A stretch of DNA of 58,710 bases, filler included, from Diploschistes diacapsis (lineage: Eukaryota): assembly GCA_023645945.1 (NCBI GenBank). It is 6 parts of 6 records of this genome, joined end to end, with 100 filler letters (N's around TTAATTAATTAA, not from the genome) between each part and the next. Parts side by side here need not be neighbours in the genome. Positions count along the whole stretch, not along the records: positions 9,834 to 19,559 come from JALAIB010001001.1; positions 19,660 to 29,362 come from JALAIB010001002.1; 4 more parts are not named here. One strand, written 5' to 3'. A program made the position numbers and the translations under genes. Positions 10,483 to 23,010 of the stretch are shown here, in pieces. Below the pieces are notes generated by a model. That model was not told the DNA's origin and did no database searches. It saw nothing but the letters and a program-made list of their open reading frames with translations. How positions within the stretch are numbered: the first letter of the stretch is position 1; each line of letters opens with the position of its first letter.

Positions 10483-11803
10483 TCAATCCCCTGGTTCTTC
10501 ATCTTTCTGTCTGAGCACCAGCTCCTGCCCAATCGCTTGCTCCCCTTCCATTAATCTTAATCCAATTGTATTCTGGTATATGTCCCACCATCCCAGCTCT
10601 CGAATCTTGTCCTCGTCAAAGTTCCCATCTTGATCTTGTAATCTCCGCGTTCTCCCGTTCTCCGCCCACTTCATGTGCACATTCTGTATGTGCTGATTGA
10701 GGTTGTCGTTCCTGTTGAAAAATTTGAGCGGACAGTTGGGTCTGGTGCGGGCCAGCTCGTTACAGAAAATACACGGGAATATCTTGTCCTTATGCACGCT
10801 TGATAAATGGCGTTTGTGGTGCTCCCGGCGGCGGAATTTACTCGGGCAGAGTTCGCAGAAGAATTTGACTGAGCCAGCAATCGTGGTTCGTGGACCCTTC
10901 GCGGCATTGCGAGGGGGCGATGAGCTGGATGTGCGTTGGCAGCGCGTTCTACGGGGCTTGTGGTTGACCGGCAAGGCCGAAGTCGGCGGCGGCGAAGATG
11001 CCTCTTTTGCTCTTTTGTTGGTTTGGGGTAGCTGGTTGGATAGAGGGAGTTGGATGGACTGAGGGTGCCCGAGGAGGTCTCCGGGGTTCACCACGGTAAT
11101 CAGGTCGTCCCGATCTTTGTCATCGACTTCTTCCAAGATAAAGTCTTGTTTGCGCCGGCGATGTGCGATGCTTGCGGTACGGTAATCGGGTTTCTCTTTC
11201 TTGATGGGTGTCGTAAAAGGGGCTCCGAGTGAGGAGTGAGATGAGATGGGAGGGTAAACTTGGTCCGACGAGACGGTTGTGCACGGCAAAATCGAGGTTG
11301 TTAGAAAGGAACTTAAGCAAGAGGTCGAGTGCGGTAAATTCGTCTCAAAATTGGCGTTGGTGGATAGTGCACCTGCAATGTATTGAGGGGTGCTCGGAAG
11401 TACCCTGCCATAATCATAATCGGGGCCCTGATGGTGTAACTGAATATTCAATATCATATCGTTGGTAATCGATAAAGAATTGGCATCCCAAGATAGCTGT
11501 GTGTTAACCGGCTCTTGTAAAGCCATGTTGTTATCTTTCTGGTCCAATGTCCCGAGTGAATTGATACCCATGAAGGCCGGCACGTCGCTATAGGACATGC
11601 CCATAACACTTGGGTCTGCACTGACGTCCTCTATATACATATCTTAGTATTTATGGTTAATTATGTGATAGGCCGGATAGTCAGTACGGAGGAATGGGAT
11701 CCTAAGAACGAATTCAAGGAAATAATGGAATTTGGACGATTTGAAAGGATCGTCGAGAAAGAAACTTACGGTCGATTCCATGATTCTGCTGAAACTCCAT
11801 CAT
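10483..11803 (-). CDS. C2H2 zinc-finger transcription factor (probable short first exon 11803-11770, intron 11769-11643)
   Basis: Two fingers: FFCELCPSKFRRREHHKRHLSSVH and FPCIFC...FFNRNDNLNQHIQNVH. Upstream exon MMEFQQNHGID joins in frame via GTAAGT...TAAG. Confidence 0.82.
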
Positions 11804-13126
11804 AAATACGTGAATATTCGTTAGAAGGCTCTTCTTGTTTTGACAACAGTAGAGTCCCAAAGACAAGAAGGGATGGAGGATGGTATACAAAGGCTGGAGC
11901 GGCCGGTTTGAGAGTTCCCCCGGAGGAGTGGGTGGGATTGGCCTGCTGCTTCAACCTGTGGGCTACCGATGGCGTTCAGCAGCGATCACGTTGGAGGGAT
12001 CGGCGCGGCCTCTGCATATCTCTTTCTTCGAAAAGTGCATCGGCAAAAAGCTTTCAATCTTCGAACATGGCCGCTGTAATTGAGGAAAGCCTTATTGATC
12101 ATTGTAGTCTTCCGATGACCGCAAAGCTAGAAGGATGCAGATAAACGTCCCAGTCACTCATTTAGATCAGATTCATCGTCCATCTTCAAACTTTTTCCAG
12201 CCTCAGCGGAGAAGCACCCGCAGCTCGAATGTGGAGTCCTCGAGTAGGATTGGCGTGGATTAAGGATTTGACCAATCACCAATCATCGAAACAAGCTAAA
12301 AAATCCCTTGCGCGCGCCTGCGCGGCTGATCTGGACAAACTTCCTTCCACATGTTACTAGTAATTTCAATTTATACTAAAGCGCGTTCAACAAAATCTCA
12401 ATAAGATGCTACGGCTTTCAGCATGCTTCTGCTTGCCATGCAACACTGCACTTCTGCCTGCATGTTTACAGCGCTTCACAGCGGTAAGGGATGTGTGACC
12501 TCTCCGTTTCCCCGCCCCTGTCCATTTCAGACGTTGAACCTGCTCAAGAACTCTCTCTAGCATTTAAACAACTGTATATGGCTTGCTGCATTCGCTACTG
12601 CTTTTACTTCATCATCAACTCAACCCCCGCCTTGAAACAAGCTTTCTTTTGAATCTAGTCGGTGCCGTGAAGGTAGGCCAGTCACATGCTTATTATAACA
12701 CAAACTTATATAGGAGTAGCTATGAGCTCTATTCCGTTCAGAACCGGGTCTACGTCGCAGACGTCAAGTAACGCCGATAATGAATTCAAAAATCTCGTTT
12801 TACGGTCTCCACAACTTTGCTCTATGGAAACGTACCGAGCTTGCCGCTGGTTTGGCTTTTCGAAAGACTTTTCTGTCGTTATAGCTCATCGACATTGCGA
12901 CAGAACAAGGTTTTGCTTCAACGATCAGGAGATCTTCGATGTTGAACCTATGCAGCGTGAAGAAGAGGTGCCGGGTAGAGCAGAGGCGCTTGCGCGACAG
13001 GAATCGTTTAGAAAGAACTAGACGAAATCGCTATTAGCAATGCTCTGCATTGTTGCAGCAACCAATAGATTTTAAGAGCTATAGACAGCTGGCCAGAGGT
13101 CCTGAAGTGAATCAAAACCGTTTATC

Positions 13127-13483
13127 TCAGGAGCACTACCTGCTCCCCTCACTCTTCACATACAATGTGCCTGCGAAGTAGTTTAGCTCATATCTAGCTC
13201 CCATAGTAATTTGTATAAATTAACATATACGAGCCAAAGCTGACAATATCGCAAGAAAAGTTATCTAGATAGTAAACAATCTAAATACCCTGAAAAGCGA
13301 CACATTAAGGTCTTAAAATGAGCTGTATATAGTGTGTAAAGAAAAGTGAAAAATGAATTAAAAACTACCGAAAGAAATGCACATCCAAATTTATACGGGA
13401 CTCAACTCAACGTGTACGCAAAATAATTGTCAGCCCTATAGTATTTGTACGAAGAGTGAGAGTAGCAGGTAGTGTGCTCCTGA
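13127..13483. mobile_element. MITE-like non-autonomous element with about 35-40 bp terminal inverted repeats
   Basis: Left TCAGGAGCACTACCTGCTCCCCTCACTCTTC versus reverse complement of the right end TCAGGAGCACACTACCTGCTACTCTCACTCTTC; internal inverted GCTGACAAT/ATTGTCAGC; AT-rich non-coding interior. Confidence 0.65.
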
Positions 13484-14103
13484 AGTCGAACCGGAATAAC
13501 TCTACGTCGGAAAAACTTCTCAGGCCTCCCTCCAGCCTCTTTCATGAATAGTATATAGCAGGAGATGTTAGTTATTTATATTCCCCGTTAGCTTCAGAAT
13601 GACACTAGCCGACTGGAAATGGGGCAGGGCGACATCAGTGATAACCCGCCACACCAAAAAATCCTCCTCTTCCCCCCACACCCTACGGCCAACACAAGGT
13701 TGCTTACAGGATACTTCGGATCGAAAATTCCGCAACAAATCGGAGATACTATCTGCCTTTGTTATACATTGCTAGCACACTTCGAGGGGAGTTACTGTAA
13801 GCAGGGGAGGTGCGCTTGTGGTGGGGTTATGGGCTTTGTCACTTCGCTTGGGAAATATAGCGCAGATGACTCGCGGATATGATATGATCGGTGAAGCGTG
13901 TATTGCTTAGTGATCATTTATAGACGAAGCTAACAATGATGCTGGTTGTTTGCAAGAAGCAGGGTTTGTGCATTGGAAGTTGTTCGACCTAACTAACAAT
14001 ACTATCTTGAATTTTTCAGTGAGAGCGTATTGGGCAACAATGAACCTCCCGTTCCGGATTAACCTTCCCCTCGGATGTCTTTACATGCATCGATATCCGT
14101 CTA

Positions 14104-14706
14104 CTAAGCATTGAAGTGCCAGACGATGTTGAACTCGCCAGGAGGGTCAAGATTGCCACCAGTCAGACCTTCGAAAGCGCCAACAGATAGATCTGAATAC
14201 GGATCAGCGTCCTGTAATTCAAAGGGAAAAGAGGCATTGGGGAAGGTATTAAGGCTTACCAATATGATTCTCGTCGCACCCCTCACAGGTATCGGCCACA
14301 GTTACAGTGATGGTTTGGCCAACCCCATTGTTATCGTCTCCTCCACCATTGTTCGTGATATCGATGGTGCGACCGCAGAAGGTCCCCTGGTCCATCCAAT
14401 AGGTCGAAAGAGCAGCAATGTAAGCCTGATCCGAGTTGTAGTTGCCGCAGGACCCGGCCGCACCTCCTTGGTAGTAGTAGGTCGCTTCTCCATAGTGGCT
14501 AGCCGCGGAAGAATGTAGTTAGCAGCAGGCCTTGATAAACAGACATAGAAGGCAAACTCAGGGGCCATCACTCACTCCGTACGTTTGGAGAGAGGTGCGT
14601 CGAGAACGCCGTCGGGTTTTGAGGTGGTGGTACCAGTTGGGATAGCAGCAGCTAGACCCAGAAAGAGAACAGGGGCAAGAACGGCGTAGGGGGCTGGCTT
14701 AACCAT
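14104..14706 (-). CDS. Small secreted RlpA-like double-psi beta-barrel protein (expansin/loosenin-like), 3 exons
   Basis: Manually spliced: MVKPAPYAVLAPVLFLGLAAA (signal peptide)...KRTDHYGEATYYYQGGAAGSCGNYNSDQAYIAALS...FCGRTIDITN...TVTVADTCEGCDENHIDLSVGAFEGLTGG..WHFNA*. Introns GTGAGT...CTAG and GTAAGC...TCAG. Confidence 0.88.
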
Positions 14707-16269
14707 ATTGCTAGCTGAAGTTCTAAGATCTGGAAGATGCTCTTAAGACTTAAAGGTGCGGGTCTTGAACTGTTGATTAATGTTAAGGGATACTCTCTCG
14801 AGGCGGATTTAGCCTTCTTCTTATACACGCCATGAGGAAGTTTTCAGATACACCGTCTTGATAAGCCTGCAAGGCCACCAGCGATCATCGCTGCCAGGTT
14901 GACTTCAGTAATATTGCATCGTGCTCAGCAGTGGTGGCACTCCTGTAATTCACAGTGACCTTGAACTTCTCCTGACTCGCAATGGAGGCACCGAAAAAAG
15001 AAAAGTCCATCAAGGGATAGTCAGGAGGCATGGCATGCAAGCAGGTCTGCACCGCTCGAATAAGCGACAGCTTCTTCAACTATAAAAGAGGCTTGACCGA
15101 CTCGTAAAGTAGTATTCCTTCAACACTTGGAGTGGTATCGGAAAAGAGTGACACATAGGGTGGGAGGAAGGTCAAGAGATGTGCTATAGAGCTATCCTCG
15201 GGACATTCGAAGGACACTTGACAATGTTACATAAATTGTGAAGCTGCTTGGACGGACGGTTGGCCCCCAAGACCAATGTCTCACTGGCACATCTTGCTGG
15301 ATTATTCAATAAGTGATTCGCCGAGGGATGTAAACTTGCTTGCCCAAGAAAGGCGGTATAAGGAAGGAGATATGACTCTCTTATAAATCGATATAGAGGT
15401 ATGTGTCAGTGGAACGCCTCAAGATTGAGAAACCCCTGTCATAAGCCGTATGCTGCGATTGGATACAAGCTATAACGCACAAAAACAAAAGATGATGCAT
15501 GCAAAGCCTACCGTAGGTGAAGAGCTTCATCCCGCAGGCGATACCTCGCAACTCTTAGGGTTGGTGATATAGGAATAACTTCCTGACCCCAAAGTAGGAT
15601 ATCTGCCTTCTTGCTCCTTGTCTTCAGTACAGGGCACAAAGACTAATGATATGGTGTGGCGCCATATCTACAAAACAGTGGCAGCGGGAATCCATCGCAT
15701 GGCGGTGGGTTCGAACTTCCCAAGGAGGTGACTGCCAAATCACTAATCGTGTCGCGAATCAAGAGACCAACAATGAGATGCAAGTGAACGTGCAAAGTTT
15801 TGACGTGCGTGAAGTTCTGAGCCGAGGTGGCATCTGAGACGAGGTTACCAGACAGGAAGATCAAGGTTGAGAACTGGCCGAATTTGCGTGATATTGGGGG
15901 CGCCTGCAATGTTAGCTTGGTGATTGCTTTTTGCTACTCGCAGAGGACAAGAGCTCCAGTGGATTGTTCAGACGGTGCACCACCAGTTGTGGACGGTGTA
16001 GGACAAGCTCCCGAAAGATACACTTACTTGTCATGTCAGTGAGTAGGAGTAGGCAGGCAGGGTCTTCGGCCTTAATGGAATGCTGGATTCATGCGAAGCT
16101 AGAAAAATAAGTTAGGACGCGTTTGGGGACGAAGACGATAGAGATACAAGAACAGAACGTCTTCGAGGACAGTCTACAGTACTGTAGATACATCATCATA
16201 TTCAAAGAGGTGATCATCACAGGAACGTGGAAAAAAAGAATGTGTGGTTGAGATGAGAGTAAAGCGGAA

Positions 16270-16900
16270 ATTTTTCCCTCACCGCGTAAGTCCTATCGTA
16301 GTTAGCGCTCGTGTCTCGGCGCCGAGCGCTGCTTACCTCTTTGGGAAGTTATTTCCGAAAGTGTACGCAGCGTCCGTCTATAGAACCGCCTACGCTGCGA
16401 AAGTTTTAATATAAATAAGCGTCGAGGAGAGCCTAACGGCCTTCTACCGACGCATCCGCAGTTAAATAAATTATTATTTTAAGTCTTTAAAATGGATTAT
16501 CCCGCGCCTTTAAAGGCCGTCGGCGACGTGTCTATTTCTATAAAGGATAAAAGATAGGCAACGACGCCTGCTTACGTTTCTAGGCCCTCAATTTTGCGAT
16601 TTAGATAATAATAAATGCTGACATTTTCGTATCCTGCCCTTTCTTTTGTCGGAATATAAACATGAACTGCTGCTTGCTAAGTGGTGCGCATCTTTTGGCG
16701 TAGCGGTTTAGTTCAACATCTTTCTTTTTTGTTCTTTTTAGCGCCTCGCGCTTTGTTTTTAAGTATAACAAAAAAACAAAAATAATAAAGGCCCTACGGC
16801 CCCTTAAAAACAAGCCTTTAAAAACGGGAAATAATCATATTTCAGGCCTTTTTAACTATGTTCAAAAGAGATAAAATTACTAAGAGCATTACATTTTGAT
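16270..16900. mobile_element. Degenerate (RIP-like) repeat relic, family unassigned
   Basis: AT-rich tract enriched in TA and CG dinucleotides with frequent stops in all frames, unlike the flanking intergenic DNA. Confidence 0.35.
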
Positions 16901-17113
16901 ACTATTTAATTTGGACTAGTCTATTGCCAAGGCCCCAAAAAAAGCGCTAGCTACATCTGGACTTACGCAGCGAGCGCATTGACAGGGTTGCTAAACCTCT
17001 CTAATATTGAATCCCCGGGTGTGGGCTCTTATGGTGCCCTAACTAATACAAGTCGACAGCATCACAGCCCATTATTTACATGTTCTGGATGCAAATGCTA
17101 GAGCCATCTCCTA

Positions 17114-18032
17114 ATGGCGCAGCAGAACGCTGTTGGTATGGTGGATGCGGCAGTCTTCGAGTCTCTTCAAGCCAAAATCGACGACGATATTGCCATTCGT
17201 GATCAGATTCGCGACATTGTACAGACCTTGGAAAAGCAAAGTTTGTATGCTTAGGCTCTTCCAGCCCCTTGCGCTTACGCGATCCAGACCGTAGTATTCA
17301 GTCTGTGCTTGCTAAGGCACAGTCTGTGCCCTCTAGTCAGAGTAAGTCCGGAAGCTTCCTGTCTCGGTTCACATGGCTCATTATGCTAGTCAATGGCGTT
17401 GTCACTGATGCTGCCCAATTCATCCACGATCCCATAGATACGATTGGCAAGCTGGCCGCAGTAGCCTCTAAATATCCATACTACAAATACAATGGGATGT
17501 GGACCAAGGAAGTACAGAAGACTGTCTGTATTGATGAGCTTTATTACAGGGAGTTGCGGCTAACAGTTGTTAAGTGTGAACTCATCCTCTTTACCGGATG
17601 GCTCGGCGGCCGTTTTCCTGCTGTTGCAGAACATGATCAAGGAAAGCTGTTTACCATTGATGATTTGGGGGAGATCTTACAGATCCCTGTAAACCTGAAA
17701 GACCGGGATGCCTTTCATCTTACGATCGAGGAGTATCTCCATGCGCTTATCTCTTTGATTGATGAGCTGGCACGATTGGCAGTCAACTCTGTAACTTTGG
17801 GGGACTTCAACAAGCCGCCCCAGATCAGTCAGTTTGTCAAGGACATCCACGCCGGCTTTCAGATCTTGAACCTTAAGAATGATTCACTTAGAAGGAGGTC
17901 TGATAGCATCAAGTATAACGTAAGTGAACTGGTCGCGTTTCTCGCACATGCTCATGCTTCGGATAGGTGAAAAAGATCGAGGACGTAGTCTACGACCTTT
18001 CGTTAAGAAATTTAATACCTCGAAAGACATAG
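17114..18032 (+). CDS. tsn1: Translin (C3PO subunit), 5 exons
   Basis: FESLQAKIDDDIAIRDQIR, YPYYKYNGMW, DAFHLTIEEYLHALISLIDELARLAVNSVTLGD, LNLKNDSLRRRSDSIKYN|VKKIEDVVYDLSLRNLIP. Confidence 0.92.
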
Positions 18033-19559
18033 CCGTTTGCTGTCCGAACAAACGCTGTAATCAGGATATGGTACTTCTGGATTTGAGCCAGCGAGTCACA
18101 CAACAAATGAATGATACAATGAGGAAACTTATAGTGACTTTTTGGCCTTTGGAAATTCCTGAATCTTCATAGGACGAGCTTAGTGTTGGCCGCAGGACCT
18201 GAGTATCGTATATGCAATATCTGCGTGTTTCTCGCCATCTCATCAGCGCGATCAAAGTGTTGTTGAACAAGTATCTCAGAAAGAGGGGCCTGCTATGTAG
18301 CTATGTTTACAGCCGCTATTCTCAATGATATTTGAAGAAAAAGCAACCTCGTTTCCAAATGCAATGAAAATGCAAAGTTTTAGGGAGAAACTGGACAGCT
18401 AGCTCCTTCATCGTCAGCAGATATCAGCAGATATCATCGCTGATTTGATTTACTTACTGTATCAGGTGCTCATAAGACATTTATTTATCACTGGCTGGAC
18501 AGCCCTTCGAGACTGTGATTATATTCGCCTCAGGGTTAGGAAAGTAAAGGCCTTGGGTGCATCATGAACACATATAGATGCATTTTGAAGCAAAGGCTAC
18601 TTTCCGTTGTTGTACGACGAAGGACTTGTTTAAGAATCTTTTAAAAACGGGTAACCTTAATAAGCGTTATTTGAACTTTTAACGATAGACTATGGTATTT
18701 CAGTTTCGTTTTAAATGGATTTTAAATTATCACAAAGGAGGCCATCAAGATCGGATCTTTTCCTCCCAGCTATGTTTATGATGCTTCGAACCAGATTCAG
18801 CATATAAATGTCTTAAGCTATTCTAGTTACTCAAAGTTGATGATGCTATGGGTGACATGTAACGGGCGATGTGGAACCAGGCACGTAGCTTTGCTAGGTC
18901 ATAGATGGTGGTTTGGTACTATGTGTTTTCTTTTTCTATTATCCATGTGCAACTCGCATTGGGCACTGGATGTCGACGGCCTCCTGGCGAGCCCATCAAC
19001 GTGCTTCCAATCCTCGAGCTCATAGCATGCCTCTTAGCTAGAGCAATTGAGCGCTGTCTTCCGCACATGACAATTGTATGCCTGAGCGGCCAAGGACGGT
19101 TGTGTATTCCCGTGGCTGGCCAAGTGCTCTGTCAGTGTGCTGAACAGTCCAGTGGACAAATGCGTTTCGTGCAGGGCTGCTGCATTATACAAAAGCGAGC
19201 CGAAGGAAAAGCACTTCGACGATATTGCTCAACTTTTCTCTCTATTCAACCTCTTTGGGAAGGCCCATATCTTATCCACTGCCGGAGATACTAAACATAA
19301 ACTCTAATTTCTAAGCATATTCACCTTATCACTTCTATCCATTGTCTGTCTCTGAACAACCGGTCCTGCACTCTAAGATGAAATGATGATCCACTGCTTC
19401 AACTCCTTCAATATCACTAATCCCGAGGACCTGTAAAGTATGATCTCGAAATACAACGCTCTTCCGTTCGAGGCCCCGAAGGTGTGCAAACAAACGTCCA
19501 TTATGCCATATACCTGCCTCTCTTCACCCTTTCCCCATCTTCCTTCAAGTCCCCCCTAC

Positions 19560-19659
19560 NNNNNNNNNNNNNNNNNNNNNNNNNNNNNNNNNNNNNNNNN
19601 NNNTTAATTAATTAANNNNNNNNNNNNNNNNNNNNNNNNNNNNNNNNNNNNNNNNNNNN
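19560..19659. other. Artificial contig spacer
   Basis: 100-nt N block with TTAATTAATTAA. Confidence 0.98.
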
Positions 19660-20124
19660 GAGGTGGGTTGGGGGGTTGCTGTTGTTGGGGGAACATGGTT
19701 GCGTGCTTGTCTGCTTCTGTATTTTGACTGTTTGTTTTTTGTGGCGATGTGGAGTCGAGGTCTGTCCCGCAGATGTGTATGTATCATGTGCTGATTTGGA
19801 TCGGTCGATAGAGCGGTCCCCATCTCGGTATCTTATAGGGAGGATTGTGCTGGAGGCGCTTAATCCATTGTTTTATTGTCTTGATTCTTTTCTGACATTG
19901 TCAGTAGACAGAGCTCAAGGGCATTGTACCGAACAATGCTTCTAGATAATGGCACGAGAAATGGAACGTCGAACAAAGTAATGTTAACTGGATAGACTCA
20001 TTGAGAGACCCCGAGCTTCTGGAACGTCTGATTAGATTCGCTCTAAGGCCTGACCTGGCCTCTCCGTCAGTATCGGACAGGCAGCCTCTTGTTGCTATTT
20101 GCCCCTTTAGGATCCTATCCATCC

Positions 20125-21964
20125 TCATTTGCGCCTCCCCTTGGCACTAAACGTCTTCAACGGATTCGCCGTCCTCCCTCCGCCCCCTTTGCCCTTCTGC
20201 CTCAGTCTCCGCTGCACTTTCTTCATCCGGTTTCCATCCTTCTGCCGCAACCCCACGAACCCAATCTCTCCATCCCCGACTCCTTTCCAGCCGCCAGGAC
20301 CGGCACCCTTCGGAAGCAAGTAGTCCGGTATGTGCTTCAGGTGCGCCTGCGTCCGCGCAGCTCTAAGCTCGCCATCATGCCTCAAATGATACAGATCGTC
20401 CGGATTCTCCTCGAAATGCCTCTTCAGCTTGTCGCTATTGATCAACTCCTGCCTTAGCTCACGCGTGCGCGCTTCTCGAACCGCAGTGCCTGTCACTGCC
20501 CGTAGAGCGTCGTTCATACGGTATCTGAAGCCATCGACTTGGGACATGTCGAACTTGTAGTCCTTGATCTCTTGGCCGCGCTTCTGCTGGCGCGTCACGA
20601 TCTCGGCGAGGACCACTTCATCATGCTCGGTTGTCGGCAACGACGTCGGTTTATGCTTACCGTAGAGATCCTTGGGAATGACAAAGGATAGGGCCATACC
20701 CGTCTTACCCGCGCGACCTGTACGGCCGATGCGATGCGTATACGATTTAGCGGAGGTGGGAAGATCGAAGTTCAGAACACAGGCAACATTTTTGAAGTCA
20801 ATCCCGCGGGAGATGCCAAATTCTTTGTCTTTGGTCGTCCTACGCTTTTTTTTGGTTTGCTCAGAGCCGATAACCTCATTCTCATCGGCAGCGATGATAA
20901 TATCGTAGACATTCTTGTTAAAGGCTTCAACAGCGTGGATCCGAGAGTTGACTGGAAGTTCAGAATTGAGGACACAGCTCCTGGTGCCAAACTGCTCGAG
21001 GAAGAGCTTCAGGCGATAGCATCTGTCGATGTCTCCGACAAACATGATACACTTGCCTTTGATGAGCTTGAGCTTGACTATAACATAAACAAGGAGAAAC
21101 TTGTCTGCCTCGGCGCACCTGCGATTGTTAGTAATAATCGAGCTACGGAAATGACAAATCTTACTTGACCACGAATTGACTGATCTGGTTGTCTGTCTCG
21201 CCCTCTTCGTCCATTTGTACGAGCTCTGGCTGCTGACAGAAGAGCTTCTGTAGCGTCTCAACCTCTGGGCCAAGTGTTGCGCTCATTAGGATGCTCTGGA
21301 CTCCGTTGGGAATCGCATTAGCAAGCACTCGCACATCTTCCTCGTAGCCGTAAGACAGGATGAGGTCTGCCTCATCTATCACGAGATTGGACAAGTTCAT
21401 CAAGTCCAAAGAAGCGCCTTCGTGGTGGGTACGTGCCCCTGCAGGCGTAGCAACCACAATGTCCGGCTTCTCTGCAAGTAAGGACCGTTGCACCACTTCG
21501 GACGTCTTCTGGGCGAGGTTGAGCGTGCGTATGGATTTTGCACAGTAGGCCGAAAATGTGCTGAGCACTCGCGTGACCTGTTCTCCAAGTTCTTTGGTTG
21601 GAACCAAGATGAGTGTCATCCCACTTGCACTTCCCTTCGCCTACATCATGTCAAAAGACTCCTAGGTAAAAACAATATAACAACATACAGACTTCCTCCC
21701 AAGGACTAACTCGAGGATTGGTATCACGTATGCCAGTGTTTTGCCAGAGCCGGTTTTTGCTCGGCATAGGATATCTTTTCCATGCAATGCAAGAGGAATT
21801 GTCCGTAACTGTACGGCCGTGGGCTTCTTGAAGTCCTCTTTTATAACGGCTTGCAATATTCGGGTGTCCAGGTGCAAGGCTTCAAAGGTTGAAGGATCCT
21901 TGCTCCGCTCGCCTTCGTCCTCCACTGGCACAGGCACATCACCTTCATTTAGCTTGCGCTTCAT
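20125..21964 (-). CDS. DBP9: ATP-dependent DEAD-box RNA helicase Dbp9, 3 exons
   Basis: [40 protein letters not shown] plus Dbp9-specific [33 protein letters not shown]. Confidence 0.95.
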
Positions 21965-22044
21965 TCTCGGTCTAAGTCTATTGAACTATGAGAAATTGGG
22001 TTTCACAATACGAACATAATGAGTCGCAAGAACCTTGTTTTAGT

Positions 22045-22170
22045 CGATGAAAATCTTGATGATGTTTAGGAAATCTTTTGAGGCTAAGGTTGAAGGGCTT
22101 CTAGTTCAAAAATTTCCGCTCCAGTGGGTCTAGAAATTTGGCGTTAAACAAATGAGGGATAAAATTTCTT
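22045..22170 (-). promoter_or_regulatory. RRPE-like motifs upstream of DBP9
   Basis: AAAAATTTC (about 22108), GAAATTT (about 22132) and AAAATTTC (about 22161) within 200 bp upstream of a ribosome-biogenesis gene. Confidence 0.3.
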
Positions 22171-23010
22171 GGGGTTGACATTGATTTTCCTTTAAATTTA
22201 GCTGCCTTGAATCCAACCTCAACAGCTTAATTGCTTTCTTGTCATGACCGTTGTAGATGCTTGCAGCTGGAACCCGAGGAAACATTGCATGCAGCGTTAA
22301 TCAAAAATTGATCGTATCTGGGCGACCGCTCCTCTCATTTATTGAACTTAGTAATATGTTAAGAGTTGTAACGAATTGAATCCACGAGACTTGGGATGTA
22401 TTCAACGAATACACGGAGGAGCAAGACGCTAAATCATTAGAAATACGAAGAATTAATTAACTAATTAAGTAAGTAAGCTTAGATCCAGCTTTAATAGATC
22501 CTCTCTATCTCGTAAATCCTTTTCATACCTCTTAGTAGCGATGAGGGAGCTCCAAGAATCTTTAAAGGCCTTATCCGCAGCCTGATGCCGACCCTCAATC
22601 CTCCCACGCCCAGGATTCATCTGTAGCATCGTTTGGACCTTATAAACCAGCAAGAGCAGGCTATGGGTCCCTGAAAATACCCTGTCCCATGCGTTTCTTG
22701 ACAGGAGCAGAAATTGCTGCCCTTAACCGTACCTTCAGCAACTTATCAATTAGTGAATTGACTCTCTCGCCCAGGGGCAGTTGAGGGATGACATGCTGAT
22801 CGTTCCAGCTTATCAATCTCTCCGTTGTGCTCAAAGCTGATAGTATCATCTGTTGTGTCTAAGTGTGCTTCTTGACTTGGGATTGGAAGCAGGTCGTGAT
22901 GCAGATGCAAACAGTGAGATATGAGAGCTCGCCGCACTTCCACGTGTTTTGCTCCGTTTCCTCCGGGAGGTGGTCCGTATTCATTGTCTGGCGGAACGGT
23001 TGAGCGGAAA

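Noticed and set aside
12686..13021. 111-aa ORF next to the MITE-like element
   Set aside because: No recognisable motif or splice support.
14885..16042. Possible gene relic between the DPBB gene and the degenerate repeat
   Set aside because: Short ORFs on both strands with no family I can identify.
18837..19520. Possible degraded gene at the end of contig 2
   Set aside because: Fragmentary frames with no identifiable motif.
22465..22849. Two adjacent short minus-strand ORFs, possible pseudogene
   Set aside because: Protein-like composition but no recognisable homology; cannot be supported without a search.
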